Shown here one piece after another: positions 54,870-64,000 of a stretch of DNA of 64,000 nucleotides. The stretch lies in NCBI GenBank assembly GCA_022561145.1, contig JADFRS010000002.1, forward strand, positions 258 to 64,257. The letters run 5' to 3'. The notes beneath the pieces are model-generated. The model was not told the DNA's origin, made no database searches, and worked only from the letters and a program-made list of their open reading frames with translations. Every line of letters begins with the position of its first letter. Position 1 is the first letter of the stretch. The DNA comes from Gemmatimonadota bacterium. Lineage in GTDB: Bacteria > Gemmatimonadota > Gemmatimonadetes > Longimicrobiales > Gaopeijiaceae. The position numbers and the translations under genes were made by a program.

Positions 54870-56614
54870 TCTCGACTGTTGCTCTTCTTGCCGCGCTCCT
54901 TTCTGGTGGGAGCGAGCCGGTCACGGCGCTCACTGTCGTTCCCAACAACGGACGGACGGATATCCTGATAAGCGTGAAGGGGAATGTCACGTTCAGAGAC
55001 TTTACCATGGAGGGGCCGCACCGCCTCATCCTGGACGTCATGAACGCGCGTCATGCGCTCCCCCGCGACAACTTCACGGACGTCAACCGGGGCGGCATTC
55101 TGACGGTGCGGACTTCACAGTACTCCGATGACATCGTGCGTATCGTCGTGGAGCTGAACCAGCCCACGAAGTACACGATCAGGCAGTACGAGGGCACGAT
55201 CCGCATCTCGATGGAGAATCACTTCGGTGACTTCGATCCATGGGAGACGGCCGCTGCCGCCCCCATGCTCGAGCCGGAGGTGCCGGCGTTCGAAACCTCG
55301 AGATTCACTTCGCTCGCGCTGAGGCTTCAGCCCACTCCGCAGCAGTCGCAGGAGGCTCGAATCTCGATCACGTTCATCAACACCCCTATTGCGGACGTGC
55401 TTTTCACCTTCGCCGACTTCTCCGGCCGCTCGATCGTGCCGTCCTCCCAGGTCACCGGGATGACCGTAACGGCCGAGATCAAGAATCAGGCTTGGGATGA
55501 TGCCCTCGCAGCCATTCTGCGGCAGCAGGGGCTCAGAGGCGACGAGGACGGGCCGAGCGGCATTATCCGCGTCGACCTCCTCACGAACATCAACCTTGCC
55601 GAGGAAACCGAACCGCTGAGGACCGAGATCTACCGGATCAACTACGGCACCGCGGCTGAGGTACTCGCAGCGATTACGCCGCTGCAGACCACGCGTGGCA
55701 ACTCGTCCGAATCGCCGGGCACGAACACGCTCATCGTTACCGACATCGAGCGCGTTCACGCTGCCATCCGGTCCCTCCTCATTGAGCTCGACCGCCCGAC
55801 GCCCCAGGTGATGATCTCCGCCAAGATCATCTTCGTGAACCGCACGGATCTCAAGGAGTTCGGTATCGTCTACGATCTGAAGGACTCGCAGGGGAACCAG
55901 TTCAGCGACTTGACCCCCGCCCTCGCCGACCTCGATGGTGACGGCGAGTTTGAGCAGCTGGACGAGACCGTCGTGCTGCTCGGCGGAAACTCGATCGCGG
56001 CGCTTGGCAATGCGACCGCCCGAGTGGCTGCACCGACCCTGAGGTTGCTGACGTCCCTGGTGATCGGCCGCCACACCCTGGTCGGTTTCATCGAGGCACT
56101 GGAGTCCTCGAACCTGAGTGAAATTCAGGCCGCGCCGTCCGTGACGGTGGCCGACAACCACGAAGCTCGGTTGCAGGTCGGTGAACGGACGCCAATCCGG
56201 GTGATCGACGCCGCGGCCGGTGGAGCTGGCGGAGTCGGGGGTGGCTTCCCCCAGGCGACGGTGAGCTTCGAGGAGACCGGCATCATTCTGACGACCACTC
56301 CTCACATTACGGCCGACGGCCACATCCTGCTCGACATCGAGGCGGAGCGGTCCGCTGCCGACTTCGCGGACTCCGATATCGGTTTGATCTTCCGGAGACA
56401 GATCACGAATACGCGGCTGCTCGTGCGGGATGGCGAGACCGTGGTAATCGCTGCACTGACGGTCACGGAACGCAGTGAGGTGCGCGCCGGCGTGCCGCTC
56501 CTGATGAACCTCCCGGTGATTGGCCGCCTCTTTAGGATCACCCGTTCGTCTGAGATACAACGAGACCTGATGATCCTCGTCACGCCGCACATTATTCGCA
56601 GCAATGCGAACTGA
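54866..56614 (+). CDS. pilQ: Type IV pilus secretin PilQ (AMIN, N-domains, secretin domain)
   Basis: 582 aa. The AMIN-like N-terminus is VTALTVVPNNGRTDILISVKGNVTFRDFTMEGPHRLILDVMNA. The secretin core has ISAKIIFVNRTDLKEFGI, GVPLLMNLPVIGRLF and LMILVTPHII. Confidence 0.95.
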   Translation: MISTVALLAALLSGGSEPVTALTVVPNNGRTDILISVKGNVTFRDFTMEGPHRLILDVMNARHALPRDNFTDVNRGGILTVRTSQYSDDIVRIVVELNQPTKYTIRQYEGTIRISMENHFGDFDPWETAAAAPMLEPEVPAFETSRFTSLALRLQPTPQQSQEARISITFINTPIADVLFTFADFSGRSIVPSSQVTGMTVTAEIKNQAWDDALAAILRQQGLRGDEDGPSGIIRVDLLTNINLAEETEPLRTEIYRINYGTAAEVLAAITPLQTTRGNSSESPGTNTLIVTDIERVHAAIRSLLIELDRPTPQVMISAKIIFVNRTDLKEFGIVYDLKDSQGNQFSDLTPALADLDGDGEFEQLDETVVLLGGNSIAALGNATARVAAPTLRLLTSLVIGRHTLVGFIEALESSNLSEIQAAPSVTVADNHEARLQVGERTPIRVIDAAAGGAGGVGGGFPQATVSFEETGIILTTTPHITADGHILLDIEAERSAADFADSDIGLIFRRQITNTRLLVRDGETVVIAALTVTERSEVRAGVPLLMNLPVIGRLFRITRSSEIQRDLMILVTPHIIRSNAN

Positions 56615-56634
56615 CCCGGGCCGGGGAGGCCTGC

Positions 56635-59418
56635 ATGCTTGGTCATAGACCGATTCGAATGCGAATAGGACCCCTAGCGACGGCGATGGTCGCTGTCACG
56701 CTGCTGTTGGCGTGCGACGGCCAGAATCTCTTCGTGGGTCCTGCGGTCGGGCGCATTGATACCAGCGGTCCGACCGTCAAGATTCTCACGCCGTCCTCGA
56801 CAAAAGGCTCACCTTCCGCCAAGCCACTCGGCGACTCCGTACTGGTGACGGTCGAGATGAGCGACGACGTGGGTTTGGACAGCGTTCGCATCGAGGGCGT
56901 GTCCTTCCGTGGTGACGTCAACCTCGGCACCGACACGGTCATTACCCGATTCGAGACCAAGGTCGTGCGTCTCCTCACCGTACCTGAGGACACGACGGTG
57001 AGCCGGTTCTTGATCGCGGTCGACGACACGGTCAAGGAGACCTCCTTTATCATCGCGCATGCCTACGACACGCTTGGCAATGTGTCGTCGGACACCGTCG
57101 CGCTCGTCCTCGGCGGGCCGGACGTGCAGGTGATCAACCTCGTTGACGGCGATGTCATCCAGGCAGGCCGCGACTTGAGCCTCCGTATCGAGGCGCAGGA
57201 TCCGCTCGGCATCGTCTCCGTGCGGGTCGACCTGACGGGCGCGTTTACCCTATCTTTGCCAGAGACTGTGAACCCCCCGGTCGACACTGCGGTGGTGGAT
57301 CTCCTGATCTCCATCCCTCCGCTCGCTACCGGCCCCCTGCAGTTGGTCGCACACGCTCGTAACACCCTCGGCGTGCCCGGCCAGACTGGCGTCCTCAACC
57401 TCACGGTCGTGTCGAGCCTGGCGGGCGACATCATCCCACCAAGGGTCAAGTTCGAGACGAGCGCCGGAGGCAGAATCGAACTCAAGGACCTGATCAACGT
57501 CCAGGTGACGGCGGTTGACGACAACCAGGGAAGCGGGATCTCGACGGTCGGGATCACGGTGTTGGCCATCTCGCCCGCCCGCGGCGACACGTTGGTCCAG
57601 TCGAATTCGGTAACTTTTGCTACCTCGCGTACCGGCTCGGTGGTACAGGACCTGACCTTCCAGGTCTTCAATTCCGACCCGATCGCGTTGCCCGATACGT
57701 TAATCTTCGAGGTCACTGCTTTCGCGATCGACGATCAGGGCAACTGCTCCGCCAGCGTTGGACTCGACAGCTTGATCGCTCTTCCTTGCACGGTGCTCCC
57801 GACAGGCCAGACGGGCGCCCTGAACCGGTCCGGCCTTCGGGACGAGAGAGTCGTGGTCGCGGGGCGCACGGTCCTGTTGCCCTCGGGCGGCCTGATCTTG
57901 GATGCCGCCGTCGATACGGCGCGTGGCAACCTCTATCTCTCGAACCACACGCGGGACCAGGTCGAGATTTTCCGCCTGGTTGAGGAGGACTTCCTTGCCC
58001 CGGTGGCTGTGGGCTCCGAGCCCTGGGGCCTTGCGATGCACCCGTGCTACGTCACGGTGCCGCTGCCCGGTTGTGGAGACAGCCTCTGGGTCGCGAACTC
58101 CGGTGGTACCAACGTATCCGTCATCGACTTGGTGTCTAGCGCGGTTCCCTTCGAGCAGCCGGGCCGCCGCTTCCTGACGCCCGACGTCGTGCTCTGGGAC
58201 GTCGAGGAGACCGAGGACAACGACGGTACGACCGTTTGGATTTCGTCGTTCATTCCAGACGCCGTGGGGCCAGGTTTCAGTGATCGCCCGCAGTTCATCG
58301 TACAGGACTTCACGGGCCGCGTGCTCTACTCGACGAAGGCGACCGAGCTGGGCAATTTCGGCACGATTCGGAAGGCATTCAGTCCCGGCGGCTCCGACCC
58401 CGAAGTCATACTCTTCACAGACCACGGAGTCTTCGAGGAAGCGGAGGACTTCAGGGCGATCAAGAATGTCGACTTCGTTACGAACGGCATCTTCACGGAT
58501 CCGGCCAACGATGTCGGAACGCTGGTCATCGAAGACCACCCGCCGGGTGATCTTCAGACGACGGTCTCGTACGGTCCAGCTACTCTCGACAATGCGATTC
58601 TCCTGGCGATCGCCGGCGGCTCCGACATCGAGGCGACGCCCGCCTCCCGCTGGAACCTGGGGAGCATCGGCTTCAACGATACGACGTTCGTCACGGTCAG
58701 CGGAAACGGCGCCTGGGTGGCCTTCGGCGAGGGTTCGGTCGACCCGGTCGGGCGGATCATCTCGTACGACGCGGCGACGGACGCGGTGAGCAGTGCGATT
58801 CCGGTCACCGACCTGATGACCAACCCCGGCGAGACGGTGCGTGGAATAGGCCTGAACTTCGACGGCACCCTTGGCGTGGCGCGTGGGTTCCAGGCGTACT
58901 TCTTCACGGTCAGCGACTTGCGCCTCCAGGGCGTGGCGGATTTACCCGGCGGCGGAGCAGGGGCCGTACTGCACCCGCTTCATGCGAATGCGCGAACGCT
59001 GACCAATCCGGCGGGTATCTACCGGCCGGACAGCCACTTGGCGTTCATCGGGACGGGCGAAAACACGATTGACATCATCGACACGTTCCACTTCTTCCGG
59101 TCGGGTCGGATCTTCATCCGCGACGTGATCGTGGGGCCGCTCAGGGCTGTGCTGCCCTCCGCCACGGACAACGTGGGGCTCACGTGTCAATCGACGGCGG
59201 TCACGGGCCTTGATGCCACCGGCACGCTCGTCGCCATCGGTAACGCGATCCAAATCTTCGCGGGTGGGGACTTCCTGACACCGCACGGGCCGGTCGGTGG
59301 CCCGACGGAAGACGCCTGTATCGTCCTGAAGCTGTTCGGCGTGACCGACTCGGGCGGCGTCGTCGTCATCGACGTTCTCAAGAGTGACATTCTCAGGGAC
59401 CATCCTTCCCGCCAGTAG
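56635..59418 (+). CDS. 927-aa lipoprotein with three Ig/cadherin-like repeats followed by a YVTN-type beta-propeller-like region, co-transcribed with pilQ
   Basis: Starts 20 nt after the pilQ stop. The lipobox is VTLLLAC-DG. The repeats are VTVEMSDDVGLDSVRIEGV, LRIEAQDPLGIVSVRVDL and VQVTAVDDNQGSGISTVGITV. Propeller-like blades follow (GNLYLSNHTRDQVEIF, SLWVANSGGTNVSVIDL, ...). A strong terminator follows at 59459. Confidence 0.6.
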   Translation: MLGHRPIRMRIGPLATAMVAVTLLLACDGQNLFVGPAVGRIDTSGPTVKILTPSSTKGSPSAKPLGDSVLVTVEMSDDVGLDSVRIEGVSFRGDVNLGTDTVITRFETKVVRLLTVPEDTTVSRFLIAVDDTVKETSFIIAHAYDTLGNVSSDTVALVLGGPDVQVINLVDGDVIQAGRDLSLRIEAQDPLGIVSVRVDLTGAFTLSLPETVNPPVDTAVVDLLISIPPLATGPLQLVAHARNTLGVPGQTGVLNLTVVSSLAGDIIPPRVKFETSAGGRIELKDLINVQVTAVDDNQGSGISTVGITVLAISPARGDTLVQSNSVTFATSRTGSVVQDLTFQVFNSDPIALPDTLIFEVTAFAIDDQGNCSASVGLDSLIALPCTVLPTGQTGALNRSGLRDERVVVAGRTVLLPSGGLILDAAVDTARGNLYLSNHTRDQVEIFRLVEEDFLAPVAVGSEPWGLAMHPCYVTVPLPGCGDSLWVANSGGTNVSVIDLVSSAVPFEQPGRRFLTPDVVLWDVEETEDNDGTTVWISSFIPDAVGPGFSDRPQFIVQDFTGRVLYSTKATELGNFGTIRKAFSPGGSDPEVILFTDHGVFEEAEDFRAIKNVDFVTNGIFTDPANDVGTLVIEDHPPGDLQTTVSYGPATLDNAILLAIAGGSDIEATPASRWNLGSIGFNDTTFVTVSGNGAWVAFGEGSVDPVGRIISYDAATDAVSSAIPVTDLMTNPGETVRGIGLNFDGTLGVARGFQAYFFTVSDLRLQGVADLPGGGAGAVLHPLHANARTLTNPAGIYRPDSHLAFIGTGENTIDIIDTFHFFRSGRIFIRDVIVGPLRAVLPSATDNVGLTCQSTAVTGLDATGTLVAIGNAIQIFAGGDFLTPHGPVGGPTEDACIVLKLFGVTDSGGVVVIDVLKSDILRDHPSRQ

Positions 59419-59458
59419 TCGAGGCACGTGAAGGAAGCCTTCTCGAGCTACGAAGGCG

Positions 59459-59497
59459 GGACCCCGGTGGGTGGACGACCCACCGGGGTCCTTTTAT
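59459..59497 (+). terminator. Rho-independent terminator ending the pilMNOPQ-lipoprotein operon
   Basis: ggaccccggtgggt-ggacg-acccaccggggtcc forms a perfect 14-bp stem and is followed directly by TTTTAT. Confidence 0.8.
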
Positions 59498-59567
59498 CGT
59501 TGCACGCCCACAAGGTCCGCCCGGCATGCCGGCGGCCGGGTAGCGCAGTACCAACGAGGACGGAGTC

Positions 59568-60773
59568 ATGAGGCGCATATCCTTTCGAACCGCGGGCGAG
59601 TCACACGGGCGTGGCTTGGTCGCGATTCTGGAGGGCATTCCGGCCGGGCTGTCCCTCGAGATGGAGCGGGACGTCGATCCAGACTTGCGCCGCAGACAGG
59701 GCGGTCATGGACGCGGGCGCCGCATGAAGATCGAGTCCGACCGCGCCGACCTGTTCTCCGGCGTGCGTTTGGGCGAGACGCTGGGTTCTCCGCTATCCAT
59801 GGTGGTGTGGAACAAGGACTGGGAGAATTGGAAGACCGCCATGTCCGCCCTGCCGCCCGACCCGTCCGGAAACCCCAAGGCGCTCAAGCCGGTTTACCTT
59901 CCGAGGCCGGGCCATGCCGACCTCGTGGGGCTCCTCAAGTACGACCGCAGAGACGCTCGTGACATCCTCGAGCGGGCGAGCGCAAGGGAGACGGCGGCGC
60001 GTGTCGCATGCGGGGCGGTAGCCAAGAAGCTTCTGTCGGAGTTCAGCATCAAGATCGGTAGCCACGTGCTGTCCATCGGTGACGTCGAAGCCACCATGCC
60101 GGACGAGCTGCCGATCGATCTCAACGAGGCGGTGGACGCATCCCCGACACGCACGCTGGACGCTGCTGCAGGGGATCTCATGGTCGAAGCGATCGACCGG
60201 GCGGGGGAGGAAGGCGATACCCTCGGGGGCATCTTCGAGGTGGTGACCACGGGACTCCCGGTCGGGTTGGGAAGTTATGTATCGTACGATACCAAGCTCG
60301 ACGGGCGGCTGGCCGCAGCGCTCATGTCGATACCCGCGATCAAGGGCGTTGAGATCGGTGCGGGCTTCGACGCAGCAAGGAGGCCGGGCTCGCGTGTGCA
60401 CGATCCGATCCTGCCCGAAGGCGCGGAGCGCACGGGTGGCCTGGGCCGGGCGAGCAACCGGGCCGGCGGCCTGGAAGGCGGGGTCACCACGGGGGAGCCG
60501 CTGGTGGTGCGGGCGGCGATGAAGCCTATCTCGACGCTCAGGAAACGGCTTCCGAGTGTCGATATGCGTGATGGGTCCGTGGCCGACGCCGCAGTTGAGA
60601 GAAGCGACGTCTGTGCCGTTCCAGCCGCTGCTGTCGTCGGGGAGGCCATGGTCGCGCTTGTCCTCGCCGATGCCTTGCTCGAGAAATTCGGCGGTGATTC
60701 GATGTCCGAGCTCCGCCGGAACTTCGATGGTTACGTCGCGTACCTCACCGAGCGCGGTTATGGGGAGCGCTGA
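59568..60773 (+). CDS. aroC: Chorismate synthase
   Basis: MRRISFRTAGESHGRGLVAILEGIPAGL, GRRMKIESD, RPGHADL, ERASARETAARV and GGLEGGVTTGEP are the AroC signatures. Confidence 0.95.
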   Translation: MRRISFRTAGESHGRGLVAILEGIPAGLSLEMERDVDPDLRRRQGGHGRGRRMKIESDRADLFSGVRLGETLGSPLSMVVWNKDWENWKTAMSALPPDPSGNPKALKPVYLPRPGHADLVGLLKYDRRDARDILERASARETAARVACGAVAKKLLSEFSIKIGSHVLSIGDVEATMPDELPIDLNEAVDASPTRTLDAAAGDLMVEAIDRAGEEGDTLGGIFEVVTTGLPVGLGSYVSYDTKLDGRLAAALMSIPAIKGVEIGAGFDAARRPGSRVHDPILPEGAERTGGLGRASNRAGGLEGGVTTGEPLVVRAAMKPISTLRKRLPSVDMRDGSVADAAVERSDVCAVPAAAVVGEAMVALVLADALLEKFGGDSMSELRRNFDGYVAYLTERGYGER

Positions 60774-61332
60774 GCTCAGTGGCTCCGCTCCGTTTGATCG
60801 GGTGCTCCTCGTGGGCTTCATGGGGAGCGGAAAAACGGCGGTTGGCCAGGCGCTGGCGAGGCGCCTGGGATGGCGCTTCATTGACTTCGATCGTGAGATC
60901 GAAGTCCAGTGCGGCAGTGATGTCACGTCGATTTTTCGCGACCGGGGAGAGGCCTACTTTCGAACGGTGGAGTCCGAGGTGGGCAGGAGATGCATGAACG
61001 TGAAAGGCGCTGTGCTTGCCAGCGGTGGGGGCTGGCCCACTCACCCGGGGCATATGGAGGACTTGCCTTCGCGTACGTTCAGCGTTTGGCTGCAGGTTAC
61101 GGCAGCCGAGGCGGTGAGACGCATAGGGTTGGACGGGCCCACGAGGCCCCTCCTACAGGTCGCAGATCCCGTCGGCCTGGCGGACGAGTTGATGCGCGAC
61201 CGGGAGAAGTGGTACGCACAGGCGAGCATGGCGCTCCCGACGGATGATCGGGAGCCAACCGCGCTGGCGGGGGAGATAGCGAAGTACGTGAGTGGAGAGA
61301 GATTGCACCCTATTACCCGGACAGGCTCCTAG
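60760..61332 (+). CDS. aroK: Shikimate kinase
   Basis: In the frame of ORF 60556..61332. The ATG at 60760 overlaps the aroC 3' end. P-loop VLLVGFMGSGKTAVGQALARRLGWRFIDFD, then FRDRGEAYFRTVE and ASGGG. Confidence 0.9.
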   Translation: MGSAELSGSAPFDRVLLVGFMGSGKTAVGQALARRLGWRFIDFDREIEVQCGSDVTSIFRDRGEAYFRTVESEVGRRCMNVKGAVLASGGGWPTHPGHMEDLPSRTFSVWLQVTAAEAVRRIGLDGPTRPLLQVADPVGLADELMRDREKWYAQASMALPTDDREPTALAGEIAKYVSGERLHPITRTGS

Positions 61333-61335
61333 CCT

Positions 61336-63807
61336 ATGAAGCTGGTCATCGTAGAATCGCCCGCAAAAGCCCGGACGATCAGCCGTTACCTCGGCAGCGA
61401 CTACGAGGTCGCGGCGTCGGTCGGCCATGTGCGCGACTTGCCGCCCAAAGAACTCGGTGTCGACGTCGAAAATGGCTTCACCCCCAAGTACGTCACGATT
61501 CGGGGTAAGGGAAAGATCCTCCAGGAGTTGAAGAAGCAGGCCAAGGGCGCGGAAGCCGTGATCCTCGCCACCGACCCGGACCGTGAGGGCGAGGCTATCG
61601 CCTACCACGTGGCCGAACAGTTGGGTTGGGAATCGGACCGGGATCGCTTTCAGCGTGTGACCTTCCATGAGATCACTAAATCGGCAGTGCAGAGTGCTCT
61701 CGAGGCAGGAGGCCCCATCGACATGCAGAGGGTGGAGGCCCAGCAGGCCCGCCGGATTCTGGACCGGTTGGTGGGCTATCAGGTCAGCCCCTTCCTGTGG
61801 AAGCCGATTCGGCCGGGTTTGTCCGCCGGTCGGGTGCAGACCGTCGCGCTCAGGCTGCTCTGCGAGCGAGACGACGAGATAAACGCGTTCGTGTCCGACG
61901 AGTACTGGTCGATCATAGCCTCGCTGATCGAGGATGAGCAGACCTTCGAGGCGAAGCTGCATAAGATCGACGGGAAGGCGTTCACGCTCAAGAACGAGGC
62001 GGACGCCCAGTCCGTGGTGACGGAGGCCCTCAAACAGCCCTTCCAAGTCACGGACCTGAAACGGAGGGAGCGGCGCAAGAACCCGGCACCGCCCTTCACG
62101 ACCTCCACCCTTCAACAGGCGGCGGCTAAGCGCCTTCGCTTCTCGGCCAAGCGCACAATGACGCTCGCGCAGCGCCTCTATGAGGGCCTCGAGGTCAGCG
62201 GGCAGGGCGCGGTCGGCCTGATCACGTACATGCGGACCGACTCCACGCGTGTGTCGAAGGGGGCCGTCGACGGAGCCCGCTCCTGGATCGAGCGCGAGAT
62301 GGGAAGGCCGTACGTTGCCGATTCTCCCCGGTTTTGGGGTGGGAAGCAACAGAAGGGCGCCCAGGACGCGCACGAGGCGATCCGACCGGCCAACGTGGAG
62401 TTGCATCCGGACCAGGTGGGGCCGTCTCTCGACCCGGGCGCCGCACGCCTGTACGAGCTGATCTGGCAACGCTTCGTCGCCAGCCAGATGGCACCGGCGG
62501 TCTACGACACCACCACGATCGACTTCGACATCCGGGCCGATGACGCACGGTCCTACCTGTTCCGGTCCACGGGTTCGGTGGTGAAGTTCGCGGGCTTCAC
62601 GCGGCTGTACCTGGAGGCGAACGAGGCCGGGGATCACCGCCGCCTGGACGACCTCGATCCGCTACCGGCGATGGAAAAGGGCGAGGAAGCGGTGGTGCAG
62701 GCGATCGTGCCCAACCAGCACTTCACGCAACCGCCGCCGCGCTTCAGCGAGGCCAGCCTGGTAAAGGAGCTCGAGCGCCTGGGCATCGGGCGTCCGTCCA
62801 CCTACGCCCAGATCATCTCCACCATCCAGGATCGGGGATACGTGGAACTGGAGGAGAGGCGTTTTTACCCGACGGCGCTCGGCGACACCGTCTCGAAGCT
62901 GCTCGTGCGGGTGTTCCCGGACATCTTCGATGTCGAGTTCACCAGCCGTATGGAAAGTGAACTGGATCGTGTGGAAGAGGGCGAACTGGACTGGCAGGCA
63001 CTCCTGGAAGAGTTCTATCCCCCGTTCCAGGTACAGCTCGCGGCGGGCGAGGCGCGCTCCGAGGAGATCATAAAGGAGCTTCTCGCCGCGGAAGGTGAGA
63101 CGTGCGAGGTCTGCGGTCGGCCGATGCAGGTGCGCTGGAACCGGTTCGGCCGTTTCCTGGGTTGTTCGGGCTACCCCGACTGCAAGAGCACACGGCCGTT
63201 GGATGCCGGCGCGCAGCCCGAAGAAGACCTCGGTGTCGACGCAGAGACCGGACTGGCCGTTCTCGCCAAGGTTGGCCCGTACGGGCCCTACGTTCAGCTC
63301 GGAGAGGGTGAGGAGGGCAAGAAGCCGAAGCGGGCTAGCTTGCCCAAGGGCAAGACTCTGGAGGACGTGGATCTCGAGTATGCCGTGAAGCTACTGACAC
63401 TCCCCCGCGAGTTGGGTAACGATCCGGAGTCGGGAGAGGAAGTGATTGCAGGCCTCGGCCGCTACGGGCCGTTCGTGAGGCGCGGAAAGACGTTTGCCAG
63501 CCTGACCGGCGAAGACCACATGTTCAGCGTCGAGTTGGAGGAAGCGGTGCGGCTGCTCAACGAGAAGAAGGGTGGACGTGCCGTTCTCAAAGAGCTCGGC
63601 CACCACCCAAAGTCGGGAGAGGAGTTGGTGATTCTTTCGGGGCGATATGGACCCTACGTGACCGACGGAAAACTCAACGCCTCCCTCAAGAAGGGCACGG
63701 AGCCCGAGGAGCTGACCATGGAGGCCGCCGTGGAACTCCTGATCGAGGCTGCCGAGCGGAAGAAGCGGGGCGGTGGACGCGGGGGAAAACGTCGCAAGGG
63801 TTCGTAA
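61336..63807 (+). CDS. topA: DNA topoisomerase I
   Basis: Toprim domain (MKLVIVESPAKARTISRYLG...ILATDPDREGEAIAYH), the active-site region (GLITYMRTDSTR), a C-terminal zinc ribbon (CEVCGRPMQVRWNRFGRFLGCSGYPDC), repeated GRYGPY modules, and a Lys/Arg/Gly tail. Confidence 0.95.
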   Translation: MKLVIVESPAKARTISRYLGSDYEVAASVGHVRDLPPKELGVDVENGFTPKYVTIRGKGKILQELKKQAKGAEAVILATDPDREGEAIAYHVAEQLGWESDRDRFQRVTFHEITKSAVQSALEAGGPIDMQRVEAQQARRILDRLVGYQVSPFLWKPIRPGLSAGRVQTVALRLLCERDDEINAFVSDEYWSIIASLIEDEQTFEAKLHKIDGKAFTLKNEADAQSVVTEALKQPFQVTDLKRRERRKNPAPPFTTSTLQQAAAKRLRFSAKRTMTLAQRLYEGLEVSGQGAVGLITYMRTDSTRVSKGAVDGARSWIEREMGRPYVADSPRFWGGKQQKGAQDAHEAIRPANVELHPDQVGPSLDPGAARLYELIWQRFVASQMAPAVYDTTTIDFDIRADDARSYLFRSTGSVVKFAGFTRLYLEANEAGDHRRLDDLDPLPAMEKGEEAVVQAIVPNQHFTQPPPRFSEASLVKELERLGIGRPSTYAQIISTIQDRGYVELEERRFYPTALGDTVSKLLVRVFPDIFDVEFTSRMESELDRVEEGELDWQALLEEFYPPFQVQLAAGEARSEEIIKELLAAEGETCEVCGRPMQVRWNRFGRFLGCSGYPDCKSTRPLDAGAQPEEDLGVDAETGLAVLAKVGPYGPYVQLGEGEEGKKPKRASLPKGKTLEDVDLEYAVKLLTLPRELGNDPESGEEVIAGLGRYGPFVRRGKTFASLTGEDHMFSVELEEAVRLLNEKKGGRAVLKELGHHPKSGEELVILSGRYGPYVTDGKLNASLKKGTEPEELTMEAAVELLIEAAERKKRGGGRGGKRRKGS

Positions 63808-63819
63808 GGAGGGGCCGCC

Positions 63820-64000
63820 GTGAGCAACGAAATCCGTGTAGTGGGAGGTGGCCTGGCCGGGTGTGAGGCCGCCCTCCAGCTCGCTTCAAGAGGCCACCGC
63901 GTGTTGCTCCAGGAGATGAGGCCCGTCCGCGGCACCGAGGCCCATCAGACGGATGGACTGGGCGAGTTGGTGTGCACGAACTCGTTCAAGAGCGAAGATC
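63820..64000 (+). CDS. trmFO: Methylenetetrahydrofolate-tRNA-(U54-C5)-methyltransferase TrmFO, N-terminal 60 codons (continues beyond the right edge)
   Basis: Absent from the ORF track because it is truncated. Hand translation from the GTG at 63820 gives [60 protein letters not shown]. This has the FAD-binding GxGxxG motif and the ELVCSNS block typical of TrmFO. The topA-trmFO adjacency is common. Confidence 0.8.
   Translation, partial: MSNEIRVVGGGLAGCEAALQLASRGHRVLLQEMRPVRGTEAHQTDGLGELVCTNSFKSED

Noticed and set aside
55115-56590. A 491-aa antisense ORF across pilQ. Similar cases are 61153..62637 across topA, 21726..22841 across comEA/pilB, 23145..24215 across pilB, 28096..29283 across the S9 peptidase, and 43140..44204 across the GT-C genes.
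   Set aside because: The reasoning is the same as for the metH case. Each overlaps a confidently identified sense gene over its whole length, has a GC-skewed and Arg-rich composition, and shows no family resemblance. I treat them as high-GC frame artefacts.
1-64000. A window-wide look for CRISPR arrays, tRNA/rRNA genes, IS elements, integrases, prophage or defence-island signatures, and large direct or inverted repeats.
   Set aside because: I recognised none. All intergenic gaps are 365 nt or shorter and lack cloverleaf-like or repeat-spacer structure. No transposase, integrase, nuclease or helicase-type translations appear in the ORF track. The only repeated DNA I saw is the conserved 5' part of the two pilin genes. 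This was a by-eye scan, so tRNAscan-SE, Infernal and a self-dot-plot should confirm it.

Overview
This is a high-GC bacterial chromosomal segment (mid-60s % G+C by eye, not computed). It is densely packed with about 50 protein-coding genes, and many neighbouring genes have overlapping stop and start codons. The gene content (LptF/LptG, an SprA-like giant outer-membrane protein, a sigma-54-controlled type IV pilus) suggests a Gram-negative organism of the FCB group or Gemmatimonadota type. That assignment is inference only.

Left third (1-21.6 kb):
- an ECF sigma/anti-sigma pair whose anti-sigma factor carries a CBM48-like sensor domain
- Xaa-Pro aminopeptidase
- a methionine/one-carbon cluster: a stand-alone MTHFR-like gene, a fused homocysteine-methyltransferase/MTHFR, and B12-dependent MetH
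- a DapF-like gene with both catalytic cysteines replaced by serine
- lptF/lptG
- an SprA-like gene of about 2040 aa

The rest of the window is dominated by a dispersed but nearly complete type IVa pilus/competence system:
- comEA and pilB-pilT-pilC lie at 21.6-26.5 kb.
- About 11 kb of housekeeping genes follow: S9 peptidase, HIT, alanine:cation symporter, dinB, sod, LysM/M15 hydrolase, flavin reductase, adenine deaminase.
- At 36.8-59.4 kb the order is: a DHp-only kinase-like protein; a pilS/pilR-like pair; a GT2; two TMTC-like GT-C/TPR membrane proteins; two tandem major pilin genes; a second kinase with a sigma-54 activator; four minor-pilin genes; pilMNOPQ; and a 927-aa Ig/beta-propeller lipoprotein.
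- The window ends with aroC, aroK, topA and the start of trmFO.

I recognised no rRNA or tRNA genes, CRISPR arrays, transposases or integrases, or classical defence genes. I see no clearly novel system.

The best candidates for follow-up are:
- the pilSR-linked three-gene putative protein (pilin) O-glycosylation module
- the large lipoprotein co-transcribed with pilQ
- the Ser/Ser DapF-like protein
- the DHp-only protein upstream of pilS
- the SprA-like protein, which has no other T9SS genes nearby

All functional calls come from reading motifs by eye in the supplied translations. No database search was run.
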